In this document: one piece after another, positions 1-13,574 of the stretch
How the letters are laid out: the number at the start of each line of letters is the position of its first letter
Position numbering within the stretch: position 1 is the stretch's first letter
Source of the DNA: Amoebophrya sp. A120
Lineage: Eukaryota > Protista > Dinoflagellata
Direction: 5' to 3'
DNA: 64,000 bases
NCBI GenBank assembly: GCA_905178155.1
Contig: CAJINV010000001.1
Coordinates: 6,729,860-6,793,859 of the forward strand
Notes under the pieces: model-generated
Database searches by the model: none
Seen by the model: only the letters and a program-made list of their open reading frames with translations
What the model was told of the DNA's origin: nothing
Program-made: the position numbers and the translations under genes

Positions 1-3000
1 ACGAGGCCCGCTCCTCCAGCCGGTGCAAGTTCATGGCGGTGTGCAGCTCGTGCAGTCCGTGGCTACTGGGACTTCCAATTGCGGGAGACTGCTCCATCGT
101 CGGATTTGTAGGCCTGCGGTTGCCACGCGAAGGATCTTTTGTCGTAGGACCCGGTGGTGCTGCTGTCACAAGAGGAGCTTTAGTGGTTCCCATTTCCGGG
201 CTGCCAATCGGGGGCTGCGCAGTTGTATCCGCTGTGCTTGTGGGGGAATCTGTCGTGGTCAGTTCTTCTGGTCGACGCGCCGGCCCCTGGGTCTGATGGT
301 CTCCTTGCTCGTGAACGCTTTCAGCCTCGCTTCGGATAGGAGGGGCGTTGGTCGTCGGCTGGTGCGGTTTAACAGTGTTGACGCCCACTGCATCATTCGC
401 TAGCCCAGTTGCCCTTCCAAGCTGCTCGTCCGCGACAGAGAGGCCCTGGCTTTGCAGCGCGTCTCCGGTCGATTCCCACCAGTTCGAACTGCTGCGAGTC
501 GTTGCGGCGTTCTGCGAGTTGTCGTTCCACCAGTCGCCGCTCTTCCTCGCACGAGTTCTTTGCAAAACCCGGGACAGCAGGGATTTAGACGAGGTCTTCT
601 TGTTGAGGAAAGAAGAAGAAGAAGAACTACCAGTCTCGTCGTCTGCCGCATCTTCTTCTAGCACGACTTCCTCGCCCCCAACTGGTTCCTCGGGTTCGAC
701 AGCAGCATCGTCCTCGACGCTACCCTCTGGCTCGGTCGGTGCGGGACCCTCGAGTTCTTTCAATTCGGGAGAGAATGCGAGGTCCCAGGCGATACCGGCG
801 GACCAGTACATGCATTCGGGGTCCTCGGCACAGGCCAGCTCGCAACTCCGCGGGGAGAAATTCCGTACCTTCACGCCGTACCGCGCCGCCCGCGGGTTCA
901 TCTCCTCCTTGGTGTACCGCATCCGGCCCGTGCTCTTGTGCTCCCCGCAGCGGCTGCTGGGCAGAGGGGCATCCTGCAGATCTTGGAAGTAGACCGGCTG
1001 CTTTGCCGGCGGCATGAAGTAGTTCTCCATCGTCTCGTTGCGGACACAGGTACCCACCTGGAAGTTGTCGGTAGTGGTCTGGAGGAAGGATCCTGGAGAC
1101 AGCGCCAGCGGATCTTTCTTTGCGTCGTACGGATCCGACTTTTGTTCATGATCCTGTTTATTTCCCTTGCCTTGTGCTCCTTTCGCCGGCTCGCCGCCAG
1201 CAATGGAGGCGGCCTTGTCTTCCTTGTCACCCGCCTTCTGTGCGGACATGTCTTCCGTCCGTTCGTCGTCCTCGTCGAGCTCAGTTTCCGCGCTGTGCCG
1301 ACCGGTCTCTCCGCCCCAAGTGTCCGTTACCGTTTGGGTGCTGGTGAGGGCTCGGATTCCGTCCACCGGCTGCGCAATCACGTCCGACGATGCGCTGTGC
1401 ACAGCTCCTGCGTCGCGGCATCCGTCTCCACTGTCACTCAGCACCTGCCATGAAACGGGTGCGGAAGCGTGTACGAATTTGGGACGCTGCATCCACCCCA
1501 TCAAGTTCGTCATGTCCAAACTCGGATTGTCGCTTTCCGATTTCCTTGGTGATGCCTGGTGTAATGAAGAATTGAAATTTTCTCATTCTTTCAACTCGGA
1601 CGTGCAGTAGTAATCGTCCACAGTGAACAAAGCGATTGAAAGTACTTAAATCGTAAATTGAAGAACTCGTGAACGAAGCGATAGCAATGAATCTGCAGCT
1701 GCATCTGGCACTGACTCCACCAACTACATTCAGTCATGAAAAGATGAGAAAGAAAAGTTGCATTGTACCATCTCGAGCATGCTTGCAGCGGCTCGGTCGT
1801 CGAGAAACCGTCGTTCCGGCAGCGTGAAGAGCAGTAACTCCATAACAGCCCCCAGCGCATCGGGAATGGTGCCGTATTGCATTGCGACGTTGGCAATGCC
1901 GGGTCCGTGATACTGCACCCTCGTGCGGCCCCCGCGGAGCGCCAGACTGCCAGCGCGCGACGGGATCTCTTGCCAGTGCCCGTCCCAGGGCAGCTCGTCC
2001 ATCCACGCCCGAATCGCAGCCACGTTTTGCGCTGACAGCGCTCGATCATCGTCCTCCTCGTCCTCTGCATCTTCCTTCCCCGCGTTCTTGATTTCCTCCC
2101 GCAAGCCGTGCAGCGTCAAGAAGACTTCGGAGAACCGCGGACTCAACAATTGCAAGCCGGGCAAGACGGAGCGCGTGTAGGTCGTGTACTTGACTTTCTG
2201 GATTCCGGCAGGGGTTTCGATCGTGTTTGGAAGCGGCATCCTCTCGGTTTTCTGGCAGAACCCACACCTATAAGCGATCTGCGGCCGCGGCGTCGTGGTA
2301 GCGGTGTTCTTGCGAGATTTTCCCGCATCTTCGTCGCAGCAGCCTTTCATCTGCAGAAAACTCTCCGCCTGTTCCGAGGGAAAGAGTTCCTCCAGCGTGA
2401 ACGCCGCGCAGGCCGGTTGCACGGCATGCGGATAGCTATCCACCTGTGTGCTGTTTCCGATCGCAGCGCTGTTGAGCGCGTCGCAGCGCGCAGCGCAGAA
2501 GCTGTGCGCCTCGTCGTGTGTGAAGTCGTGGCCGGCCAGATCCACCATCGAGTCCTGCGGATCGTTCAGGCCGCCCAGTACGGGCCGGCAGTGCTCCTGT
2601 TCGAGCACGGACGGCTGGTACACGAGCGGATCCGCGCCGTACCGCGCCGGCGCCCCCATGTCCACCAGCCCGACCGCGGACACGTTGTGGGCCAGCTTGG
2701 CCTCGGTCAGGTACTCGCCGGCCGGCAGCCGGTTGCCACTGCGCGTCGCGTCCAAGTCGATAATCATCTCCACTTGCTGCTCCTTGTCCTCGGTTTTGCT
2801 CGTGATCACGTAGGTCGCGTACTCGCCCCGCGCCACGTCCAGCAGCATCTTTTCCAGCACGGCGCGCACGATTGTCAAATGCCGGGCGTTCACCCCCTCC
2901 CCGAAGGACCGCTCCTCCTCGGGTACAACTAAGGCGGGATCATTTTCTTCCAACACGCCGGGACAGAAGGACTGGCTGTGCAGCGGAATGTGCACGACAT

Positions 3001-4384
3001 TCCACTCCTGCCGCACCTCCTCGAGGTACTGGATAACCTTCGGCTTCTGCGACTCCAGCAACTTGCGCAACTTTTTGTAGTCCCCTTCCTCGTGCGAGTT
3101 CGCCGCGCGAATCATGGCGAGCTGCACGGGGCAGAAGTGCGATACCGCTTCTTGGGACAGCCACACCAGGTCGGTTTCCCGCACCTGCTTCGTCTGCGCC
3201 GACAGTTGGGTCCGGCTCTGGGCCAACCGCGCCGGGTCCCGCGCGGCGCCGTCGATGGCCGCGACGTACTCGTCCAGCGTTTGCTTGCCCCGCAGGAAAT
3301 CGTCCCGGTCGCGGAGCACCTGGTCCAGGAACTCGGCGATCGCCAAGTTCTTCGCGTCCACGGCAATCAGAACCGCGTCCAGCAGGTCCTCCTTCTTGAT
3401 GGCCAGCGAGCTCATGCCGCTCACCAGCAAGGCCACCACCTCCAGATCCCCGATTTTCGCCGCGTAGGCCAGCCACAATTCCGGTTGGTCGCACACCTCC
3501 TCGACGGCGGTGGCACCACCTGCACTGGCCTGCTCGGTCATGGCTTCCAGATCCGCCTTTCCCACCACCTGTGCGAGAGTCGCTCCCGTCTCCCGCGCGG
3601 CGGGGCGCTCCCGCAGCAGGTTCAGAACGCGCTCGGGTGTTCGGGACGAGGTCGCGTCGTACCAAACACTCGGCGTCAACGCGTTCGCACCACGGTCCCG
3701 TTTTCGCCGCTCGCGGTGCCGCACCCGCTGGATCTCCGCGGCCAGCGCGAGTTTCAGGATGCCGTTCTGATTTTCGTTCTCCATGAGGTGGTCCACAAAC
3801 TCGCTGCTACTCGCCTGCTCAATCAGCTCCTCGATGGTCTGCGGGTTGTGGAACATGTCCTCGAAGTCCACACTGAGGGTCGTGGCGGGTGTTGAGGAGG
3901 ACGAGCTGTGAGGCAACACATCCCACAGAGCTCGCCCAGAATCGGCTTTTTTGGAGTTCTTGGCCTGGGCAACATCACCGGACAACTCTTTGCGTAGTTT
4001 TCGCACCTGCAGTTGCGCAAGAGAAGTACTAGATGCGGTCGAAGGCGGGAGCTCTTCTTCCAGCACTTCAAGTTGTGATCCCTCCGCTATCGGAGGTGGC
4101 ACGGTTTCGACCCTGATTTTTTGCTCCGTGCGAGGACTCGTTGTTTTTCCCGATGTTTTACGTTGACGCAGCGACTTCTTCCCTTCTCCAGAATGGTTCT
4201 CATTTTTATTCCTCCTGTCGGCGATGTAGAGGTCACCGCCATTCTCGCTAGAGGGCCCACTCAAAGCGTTTTTGCGTACTATGTCACTGCTGCCGACCAC
4301 ATTCGCCTCCGTCTGAAGAAGCCCGAAACTGCTACTGGCGATCAGGACCAGAACTGGGGCAAATGGCCAAAAATCTCTCAACAT
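1..4384 (-). CDS. Secreted protein with ankyrin-like helices and two Cys-rich PAN/apple-like modules; 3' end runs off the window
   Basis: ORF 1730..4384 starts with a signal-peptide-like segment (MLRDFWPFAPVLVLIASSSFGLLQTEA). It has ankyrin-like motifs (LAYAAKIGDLEVVALLV, AVDAKNLAIAEFL) and CAARC..PACAAF. A GT-AG intron 1556-1768 (ATG|gtacaa...ccag|GCA) joins it in frame to an exon open to base 1 that contains SCELACAEDPECMYWS. Confidence 0.7.
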
Positions 4385-5711
4385 CTTGATCTTTGTGGCT
4401 TAGTAAAACCTGTAAGCTCTATTTCTTTCAGACGGTCACCAGGCTCGAGCTTCTGTGAAGGTCAAGATAATGAGGAATACATTGCTGGAAACACTAAAAA
4501 ATAGAAAAGTCAAAGTTTATGCTTGGAAATTTGGGTTAGTACAGCAATGAAGAACTCCTGGAAGTTATGATTAATATCCACGACGCAATAACGAATTCAT
4601 CTTTCGTAGGTTGGTTCGTAGGGACGAGGACAATGGAAACAAAAGCCATCCAGCGATGGAATGGAAAAAGCACGAAAAGAACTGAACGTCAAAAATCACG
4701 ATGAAAAGTGAGAACGACTGGGACTGTTGGACGACTTGATAGAAAAACGAACAGAGAATCTGGAAAACGAAAACCTAGCAACGCGCGGACGAAAATTGGC
4801 AAATAGTTTAGAAGCTCATATCGAGCTTAACTTGTGTGCGTCATGCAAATCTATTTGCGAGGTCGGGGTCGGGCACAGATGAGCAACGAACATGATAAGA
4901 ATTTTCGGAACAGCGACAATGAAAGAATGAAACCTCGATTTGTTTCGGCTGCAAAACTCCTGGCAGGCCAGCACTTAATACTGTTTCTTCCTCTTGCAAC
5001 GAGAGGGACAGCTTATTCTGCGGCAACAGCAAAACAAAACTCGTGTACAGGTGCGAATCTATGCTTTTCAATGGTAATCAGTAGTTGCATTCGCCTCCGG
5101 CACATACGGTGCTTAACTTTGTCTACTCCATGACTCTTTTCCTCGAATATTTCTCCAGTTGCAACCTTCCTGCTTTCCCCATCAAAGGAGTAGAGGGATG
5201 ATTTTCTACGAAATTTTTTATGTACCTGCATGCCGATGCCATTCGGATGGAACTTGCGGAGACTTTTCAATTTTCTATGGTAGTCATGGTTCTTGTGTAG
5301 AGGCGACTTTCCGAGGTTGAGATAGTTTCACCAGACCGAGCGCGCGATCATGCTGCATCGGTTAATTTCAAAAATGCTCCACTTCTCCTCACAGTCACAA
5401 GAAAAAGAAGCGAAAAATACTATGCATAGTATAGGGGTTAACGTTGAAGTCCAAACAAAACAGGACTCAATTTCAACTTCTATTTTATCCACCAAATACG
5501 AAACATATACAAACGCCTCGATTGGAACGGAATGCGCTTCAAGCAAATCGCAGCACGGCGCAGCCGTTAACAAAGTAAGTTGCGGATAGCGCGCATTGGG
5601 AAGATCATTGCAGGCATTGCTAATTTTCGTTTTCAATTTCTGTTTATATGTGCCATCCAATTGTTCTTCGAATGAATTCTGGCCAGTTGAAAGCCACTAC
5701 ATTTGCATTGT

Positions 5712-6997
5712 CTAAATTTTCAAAGCAGATTTTCGGTCCTTGTCGAATATACGTGCAAATTCGTCTGGCTTGTAGCCTCGTCTTGGTGCGTCTCCTCTCA
5801 CACTGCAACCGCTACAGCAGAATGCGCACCCCCAGAAGACCAAAACGATGAAATGCATAACCGCGACAGCCAGAAAGTACAGGAAAACGTACCAGTCTGC
5901 CCACAGTACGGCTCCGAGAAAGGCCCACCCGGTGGACTGCAGCAACACGAGAAAAGTGGGTCCCAACGTCGGCCCAAACGTACGCGTGTCGCAGGATTGA
6001 CAGGTTCGGATGATAAGGAACAGCGGCGAAACCAGCACGGGCAGTAACAGAACGATCATGAAAACGCTGTTATACGCAATGTATTTTTTCGTTGTCAACA
6101 TCTTGGATAAAAGTTCGCTTGTTCGCTTCATCAAAGACGCACTGATAAAGATACCAGCTAAATCTCTGCCAACATGGAGATAGAAAGCATCAGCATGAGC
6201 ACTCTTCGATTTTCGTCACCAACACAAAAAAAAGTACTTAAACTGATACTGTACATACCCTGATGTGTTTTGCAGCTGCGTGCCGAAGAAGATCAGCTGC
6301 AAGCAGAGGAGGAAGGTGACGAGGCCGAGCTGACACTGAAACTGTGCTTTGTAGAGACTCGGGATCATGACGCGGCAGCCGTAGTAGACAATGTAGCACA
6401 AGGACAGTACAAAGCCGACGGCCATGGTAATCATTGGGGCTATGTCTGCACGTACACCGTTCTTCCATAGTAGCAGCCCGAAATACAGCGTCCAGCCCGC
6501 GCTCTGCTGCAACATCAAAGTCAGGCCGATTGGAGGGAGGTCGTTCTGTCAAAACGATGTTAGTTTGAAATGAATCTGAGCGGGGTCGTAACAACAAAAA
6601 AAAGAGGTATCTAATATATGAAAAAAAAACAAATGAATGCTGAAACTGGATCAAAAGGAAAAGCTGCAACTTTCTTGTTTGTGAATACAGGAAACAGGGT
6701 CCTTTTGAGGGTGATTTTAAAGACTACCTGTACTGATCCAGCGATCGCCCCAGTCTCCTCCTCGTCTGTTGACTCGTCATCGTCCTGGTCTTGTCGGGCC
6801 TTGCCCAGCACCCGGGCGTTCCATTCGATCAGTGTCACGGACCACTGCCGGTTGCACAAGGAGAACAGCGGGAGCAAAAAAAGCAGGATTTGCAGAAGGC
6901 AAATGAGAGCCTCTACGCCGCTCTCTTGTTGCTGCCCCCCGTCGCCGATTATGTGCTGCGTGCCCTCCTTGTTCCAAACGGAAAAACAGCTGCCCAT
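5712..6997 (-). CDS. SWEET / MtN3-saliva-like multi-pass sugar transporter (3 exons)
   Basis: GT-AG introns 6546-6727 and 6142-6258 join three hydrophobic ORFs in frame. Two repeated helix bundles with P.......W..YG-like pattern (SPLFLIIRT...LQSTGWAFLGAVLWADWYV; LQQSAGWTLYFGLL) resemble MtN3 repeats. Confidence 0.6.
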
Positions 6998-8094
6998 CTT
7001 GACAAGGTCACGCCGCGCTTCTAAGAAGATAGAATCTACTAAAATACGGTCGCAAAAATTCTACTGCAGAAAAAACGACCCCCGCGTGGTCTTTTCTGTT
7101 GTCAAATTCTTTGAATTAGACTTCTACACGGATAAAATGTAACTTTGCCCTTCATTCTCTTCTTTCGAAAACAAAGGCTATGGTGGCAGTCGTGACAACA
7201 TCATCCTTCTTTGCGATTTGACAAGAGCAAATGCAAATTTCACGATGACCACAATACTTTAACTTTATTGGAAACCCCTGCATTTATGGAAAAAAGGCAC
7301 GACGCGGTGAATCTGAATGTTTATCGTCAGCGAGAGTAATACGATCACGATCAGGACTCAATGTGTACGGCCCTAGTGCGGTATACCACCATGTATGGAC
7401 GTACGCACACTGGCGCTTTGCCCTGCTAATAAAGGAGCCGCACAGCCAGAGCCGAATCGGCAACATGTTGAAGTAAGTTGATGTTTACCGTCAGCCTTGT
7501 TTCGTTTCTTCCGAACGGTGCTCAGGAGCATCACCTCCTCGCAACAGATATAATTGAGACCCGAGTCTGTGATCCAATGTGAGATCGAAAAGCGGCTTCA
7601 CCGTCGCAGTACCGATGTTGACCAGCTAGCAGCTGACAAAAGCCGATCACGATGTCTTATCCGAGTATAGCCAAGAGCTTTGTCTTTGCTTGAGACCGAA
7701 CGGCAATTTGTTCCTGCGAAGTAAAGTCAATACCGACTACTCAGAGGCCAGGTGTCGGCAGTTGACAGAAGTCAAAGACATCTTCTACAGGGTTGTTTTT
7801 TACACTTAAGGATCAGGCGGGTCAGGCTCCTCCCTCGCCTCGTCATCAACATTCGAAATTAAGTAAAGTAATACGAATTGGATCTATCTTGGTCACAACT
7901 TGCACAAAATGGAACACGCCCCGCGTGGGGTAAGTTGTCTTGCCAGGCTTCTTTCAGGACGCAGAGGCTTTTCTTTATTCCTAATCGTACTTTTCATTCA
8001 TACCGATTCCTGATCTGTACCTAGCGCTCAAAGCTTCAATCTATCTCAGAACTTTGGGATTAGAATTACGACTCGGAAGATCGAGTAATATCTT

Positions 8095-11000
8095 CTAATG
8101 CATGGCGTACCGATTCCGCCACTTGAGCAACAGTCCTGCTAGTATTCTGTACGCAACGAAGCTGGTGAACAACACCGCTATTTCAAACACGGCCGAGTTG
8201 TATAAATTATCTGGTGCGGCTTCCCGCAGGATTCCTTTCGCTTCCGCCACAACGTCCGTGACGCGCACGTCGCGTTTCAGCGAACACGCTGTGGCCTCCA
8301 ACAGGTTCAGTCCGTCGGTCTCGTCGAACGCTGTCAACGCGCGGTACATGCCTTGCAGCTGGTTTCGGTACATGCCTTTCACCGCCCAGTACACCCCCAT
8401 CAAGTACTGCAGCCCGCTGACGAACCCGGGCGCCAGCCGGTCGCTGTCGTCCGTTGCAAAACTGTCGCCCTGGCCGCTGAGCACCAGTTGAATCCCGATC
8501 ACCACACTGGCCAGACTCATGGCCTGCAGCGTGTCCGCCGTCATGCCGATGCACAGCACCATCTGGGATACGCCCTGGAAGCACAGCAGGACAGAGAGCA
8601 GAAAAAACATCCACCAATCTCCGTACAAGCCGAAGAAGAGGTACACCATCGCCGTGTGCACGGCGCACCGGAAGCAAATGAGGAAAAACTCCACGAACAG
8701 CTTGGCGATCAAGTAGCTGGGCAAGTGGTACATTTTGCTGGTGTACTCGCGCGTGAACACGTTTTGCTCGCCGGCGTACTGTGTGAATTCCGCCAGTGCG
8801 TTGATCAGCATGGGGGACACGAGAAACATGCAGGTGCAAGTTTTCAAACCCATCACGATCCTCATGTAGTTCGCCGCCAGCATGAACCCGGTGCCGCCCT
8901 CCGCGACAATACGCTCCGCGGTCTTCTCGCGGCAGGCCCAGAAAATCATGAAGGACAGCAGGTTGCTGGTGATGATGCCCTGCACCTGAAACAGCTCGCC
9001 AACCCACCCGCGTACCACTCGGGTCCGCCACTCGCGAGCGATCAAATGCCCCACCTGGGAGCCGATGTGCACGGGGAAAAGCACGGACTCTTCGGCGGTC
9101 ACCGCGTTCTGAATCGCGGCCAACCGCGCGGCCGTGTTGTTGCCTCTGTTGTTGTCCTGGCCGGCCGTAGAGATGTTCGCGTTCTTCGTCAACATTCTTC
9201 GCATTTCGTCGTCGTACCCTTGTTCTCGTGTGATTTCGACCACTTCTGCCATCCTTTCCGCGGACAGGGTTTGCGTGAGCATCAGACACGTCTCCGCAAG
9301 GTTTTCGCCATCCTTCGTCGGGAAGCCGCATGCCTGCAAATTTTCGCGCAATGTCCACCGGACCGGGTCGCTCTTCACGGCGGTCCGGGCGGCTCTCTGC
9401 GTCGTAGCCGCGTTTCCCCCAATACCAGCAAGCCCCTGAGGTGGTGGTGGGGCCTGCGCAGAAGATGCTGCACCCGCTCCTCCCGTGCCGCCGATGTGCG
9501 TTCTTGCAGCAACTGTGTTTATTGTTTCCTGGTCCTCGTCGGACGACCCTGCCGCTGCTAGTCCCACCTGCTTTTTCATGCTGCGGATTATAGCGTCAAA
9601 CATTGCCTCGCCTTCTGCCTGCGGAAGCGCCTCGCCTTCTGCCTGCGGAAATTTCCCGATCCCTTCCAGCCTCTGCTGTCGTTTGCGCTGGTGGCGCCCG
9701 CCGCGTGGCGTCGTCTGCGGTGTGCTGGTGCCCTGCGGGGACGACGTCCCCTCCGGTACGGTTGCACCACCTCCCCCTGCTGCTGCCCGGGGAGTCGTGA
9801 CAACTGGAACTGCCACGGCAGGGCCTGGCATCTTGGGCGTCTTGTGTCCGTGGAACATGAGTTCGCCCTGTTTGAAGATGAGCGTCCGGTCAAACTCCTC
9901 GAAGGTCTCGAGTGAGGGCTGGTGAATCGTGCAGACCACGATTGTGTTCAGCGACTTTGCGATGTGCTTCAACAGCTTGACAAAGAGCACGGACGTGTAC
10001 GAGTCCAGCCCGCTGGTCGGCTCGTCCAAAAGCAGAATCAGAGGCTGTGCCACGATTTCCAACGCAGCCGAAGTTCGCCGCTTCTGCCCGCCGGAGATCC
10101 CCTTCGTGTGCGCGTCGCCGATGCGCACGTCCTGGCAAATGGTCAGCCCCAATTCGTTCAGTAATTTCGTCACGCGGTCCCTCCGCTCCTCGGGGGAGAG
10201 ATGGGACGCGCGCAGGGACGCGCACAGCTCCACCGCCTCGGCGACGGTTTCCGTGGCCACGAGCTGGTCGTCCTGGAACACGTAGCCCGCGATTTTCTGC
10301 AGCACCTTGTCGTTCACCTCGTCGTTATTCAAATACACCTTCCCCGACAACCCCCTCCCGCCGCCCAAGTTCCACTCCGTCCGCCCGGAAATCGCGTTGA
10401 GCAACGTGGTTTTCCCGCACCCGCTCGGCCCGAGAATTGCGGCCACCTCCCCGGTTATGCATTGCAAAAGTGTCTGGGTCTGGAAGATTGCAACTTGTCA
10501 TGGTAAATCTGAAGCATGCAAAAATCTGTGTTGCATGAGTGCCAAAAGCGGCACACTTTTGACCCAGTTGGAAGGGAGTTTCTCATGCAGGATAGGCATG
10601 GCAAAGACCTCGCAGAGTCTGTCATGCTAAGTCTCGCATTCCAGACCTCACGCGTCATGGAAAATCTGCATGACACATCTACACTTTTGCAGACCCAGAC
10701 ACTTTTATACTTGATACCGGTTCGAAAGCAGCAACTGACGTCCTTCATCAACTTCAACCCGCCACCGCCTTCGCGGTTGTCCACCTCATACGTTACGTTT
10801 TCCAGTACCAACCAGTTCTGCCGGGGCAGATCGCTCGTGTGCGGAGCCTCCAGCGTGATGCAGCAGCAGCAGCATATCAGAAAGATCGTGATTAGAAGGA
10901 TAAAACCGCCAACCGAGGAGAGCAGCAGCATCGGCACGGGGAGGTTGAGGGTGGCGCCCGTGACGTTCGTGTTGTTGGAGATCATGGCCGCTGTGCAGGC

Positions 11001-12857
11001 TTCGATGGAAAAGTTGGTTTCCGACATCTGGGACAATAATTTCAAGTTGTTCGGGTCTTTGGCCAGGTCCATCATCTGCTCCATGGTTTCCTCGTCCTGG
11101 AGGACTCTCCCGAGCGCGTCCTGCGCCTCGGGATCCAGCTCCTGGTAGCGCGCGAGCATCACCTGCGGATCGATACCCTTCGCCTTCATTTCCTGCAGCG
11201 CGGAGAGGTAGTCGGCGGCACCAGTGGTCCCGTTGCCGTCGATTGGAGCCGACGAAAGCAGCTGCAGGTCCTCTGCAGTCATAGGCGAGAGTATCTGCAG
11301 AGCTGTGTCTTGTTCCTGCGCTGTCATGTTACTCCACTTGTTCAGTGCCTGCTTTCCCTCCGCGGACGTCAGTGATTCAATGGTCCTTGCGTCTACAGCT
11401 GATAACATCTCCATTGCGTCGCTCTGCTGGCCTGCTGTAAGGTTGCCCCACTTTTGCAGTGCGCTTTTTCCCTCGGGAGAGGCCAGCGACTCTATCGTTG
11501 CGGTATCGATCGCGGACACCATCTCCATTGCATTACTCTGCTGGCTTGCCGTGAGGTTGCCCCACTTTTCTAGTGCGCTTTTTCCCTCGGGAGAGGCCAG
11601 CGACTCTATCGTCGCGGCATCGATCGTGGATATCATCTCGATTGCGTCGCTCTGCTGGCCTGGCGTGAGGTTGCTCCACTTTTCCAGTGCGCTTTTTCCC
11701 TCGGGCGAGCCCAGCGACTCTATCGTTGCAGCATCGATCGCGGACACCATCTCCATGGCATCACTCTGCTGCGTCTCGGTCATGCTGCTCCATTTCGCAA
11801 GCGCCTCCTGCCCTTGTTCCGATGTCAACGTCGCTATGGTCGCATCGTCAAGCGCGCCAAGCATTTTCATCGCCTCGTCCCGCTCTGTTTCACTCAGGCC
11901 TTGAAACTTCGCTAGTGCCTCCTTGCCCTCGGAGGAAGTCAGAAACTGCAACGTTGAGTCGTCCACCGTGGACACGGCGTCCAGCATCTCCTCTTGCTGT
12001 TCGGACGTAAAACTCTGCCACTTTTTCAGGGCTTCCTGTGCGTTCGGGTCCTTGAGCATCGTCATGTCCAACCCTGACATCATTTCGGCGAGGTCGTCTT
12101 GCTCTTCGGCACTCATCTGGTTAAGTTCGGTTTCGAGCTGCTTCGCCTTCGCGGTCATGTCGCCATTTTTGTCCAAAAGCCCCATCTGTGCCCCGATTTG
12201 GTACATCTTATCAGGCACATAGTAGCAGCAATCGTACCACTTTTCGTTCGCCTTAACCCACAGATCAGATCCCGGGCAAGTCTCCGTGGTGAGTCGCGAG
12301 CTGCACAAGCCCGCCTTGGAAGCGCATTTGTTCTGAATAACAATTGAATTCGGCCACTCCTTCGGACGACATATCATTTCATCGGTCAGGCCCGCAAGAC
12401 GTCGACCAGTCTCCATTCTCCTAGTACTTCTCCGTAGGGAAACGGAGGACTTAGAGGATTGTTGCAGCATTTCCGCTTCTCTTTCCGATTCGGATTCCGT
12501 GAGAGTTTCGGTCTGGGCATGTTTCCTTCGATGCTCCTGGCGCCGCACTACTTCGAGTGCTGAGTCACTGTTTACCTTCTGGTCCGAATTCAGCAGTTGT
12601 GCCTGTTCACCGAAGAACTGCTCCGGAGACCGATTTACTTTCGCTTTTTTACGCCGTTCGGATAACACGTCTAGGACGATGCTTTTTCTGTTGACCACAC
12701 GGGCCTTCGCAGAGAAGGAAAAAGCATGCGCTGAGTCGAAATTCCGGAGGAGCGAAATGTGCCCACAACAGGCGACAACGCCCAACAAGCGACGCATGTG
12801 CTTGTGTTTGAGAACTTGCGTTGGCAAAGCTGATTCCCGCCGAAGGGGAAACGCCAT
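8095..12857 (-). CDS. ABCG (White-family) half transporter with a long N-terminal extension; interrupted by an introner
   Basis: Walker A GPSGCGKTT, signature ISGGQKRR, Walker B LLLDEPTSGLDS, H-loop TIHQP, and a C-terminal TM domain (FTREY..MY). Removing 10456-10721 fuses ORFs 10455..12857 and 8095..10467 in frame (VSCCFRTGEVAAILG). Confidence 0.92.
10456..10716. mobile_element. Introner / TIR-bounded non-canonical intron, family A (261 bp, TSD CCGGT)
   Basis: Imperfect TIR tatgcattgcaaaagtgtctgggtctg ... cagacccagacacttttatacttgata. Direct repeat CCGGT at 10451-10455 and 10717-10721. Precise removal restores the ABCG frame. Confidence 0.92.
11293..12090 (-). repeat. Coding tandem repeat, 114 bp / 38 aa, about 7 copies in the ABCG N-terminal extension
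   Basis: The motif atctc(c/g)at(t/g)gc recurs at 11407, 11521, 11635 and 11749. The protein unit is approximately IDAATIESLASPEGKSALEKWSNLTAGQQSDAMEMVSA. Confidence 0.9.
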
Positions 12858-13574
12858 TTGGAACTAAGTAAATGGCGAGATGGAGCTCAAGTACTTTACC
12901 TACTTCACCTACTCAACAGATAATGCCAAAGGGAAAGGTTAATAATCTGCCTGACTGGAACTGGATAACGATGACATCATAGATTGATAGGAAACAACTG
13001 CAAAAGCCAGCTCGATAACCTGGCTCTATCGATATGCGCAGGAAAGAAGTTTCCTTACTTCTAATACACAAGCCGATGAAGCCGGCAACGGCAATTTTCT
13101 AGTAGTATACAACGAAACAAACCAAACTAGCGCCTCGACGTTTGCACGGTATCGGGCGACAGGAGACGAGTAGCGGACGATTCGACGGAGAAGCTTGCTT
13201 CTTGTGAACGTGGTGTGACTATGAAAACGACGTAACGAATGAAGCAACACAACCAGGAACCGCACGATGCACGAAGAGCGTAGACAACAAGAGAATAGAG
13301 CTGCAAGTCTAAGTTCTACTAGGGCGATCAGAGTGCGAAACTGAAATCCACACAGTGCACGACAGATATAGAAAATCAGTCTGTGTTAAGACACACACAA
13401 ATTTTACAGCCTCGGAGTCTACTTACACGACACAGGGACCACTGCACCATATCCTGTGCGTCGCCGGAACACGCAAAACTGCTATAGACTTTCTCCTGTC
13501 TTGTTTTCACTACGTTCCAGCTCTTTCTGTTCGTTCTGCGCATGATCATCATGGACGAATCCGAATTACTCTTC

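Noticed and set aside
7540-7810. Coding-like plus-strand stretch in the SWEET-ABCG intergenic gap
   Set aside because: No start, short open frames and no recognisable similarity.
9603-9650. 24-bp tandem duplication in ABCG (and a 27-bp duplication at ~54930-54980)
   Set aside because: Ordinary in-frame slippage duplications in low-complexity linkers.
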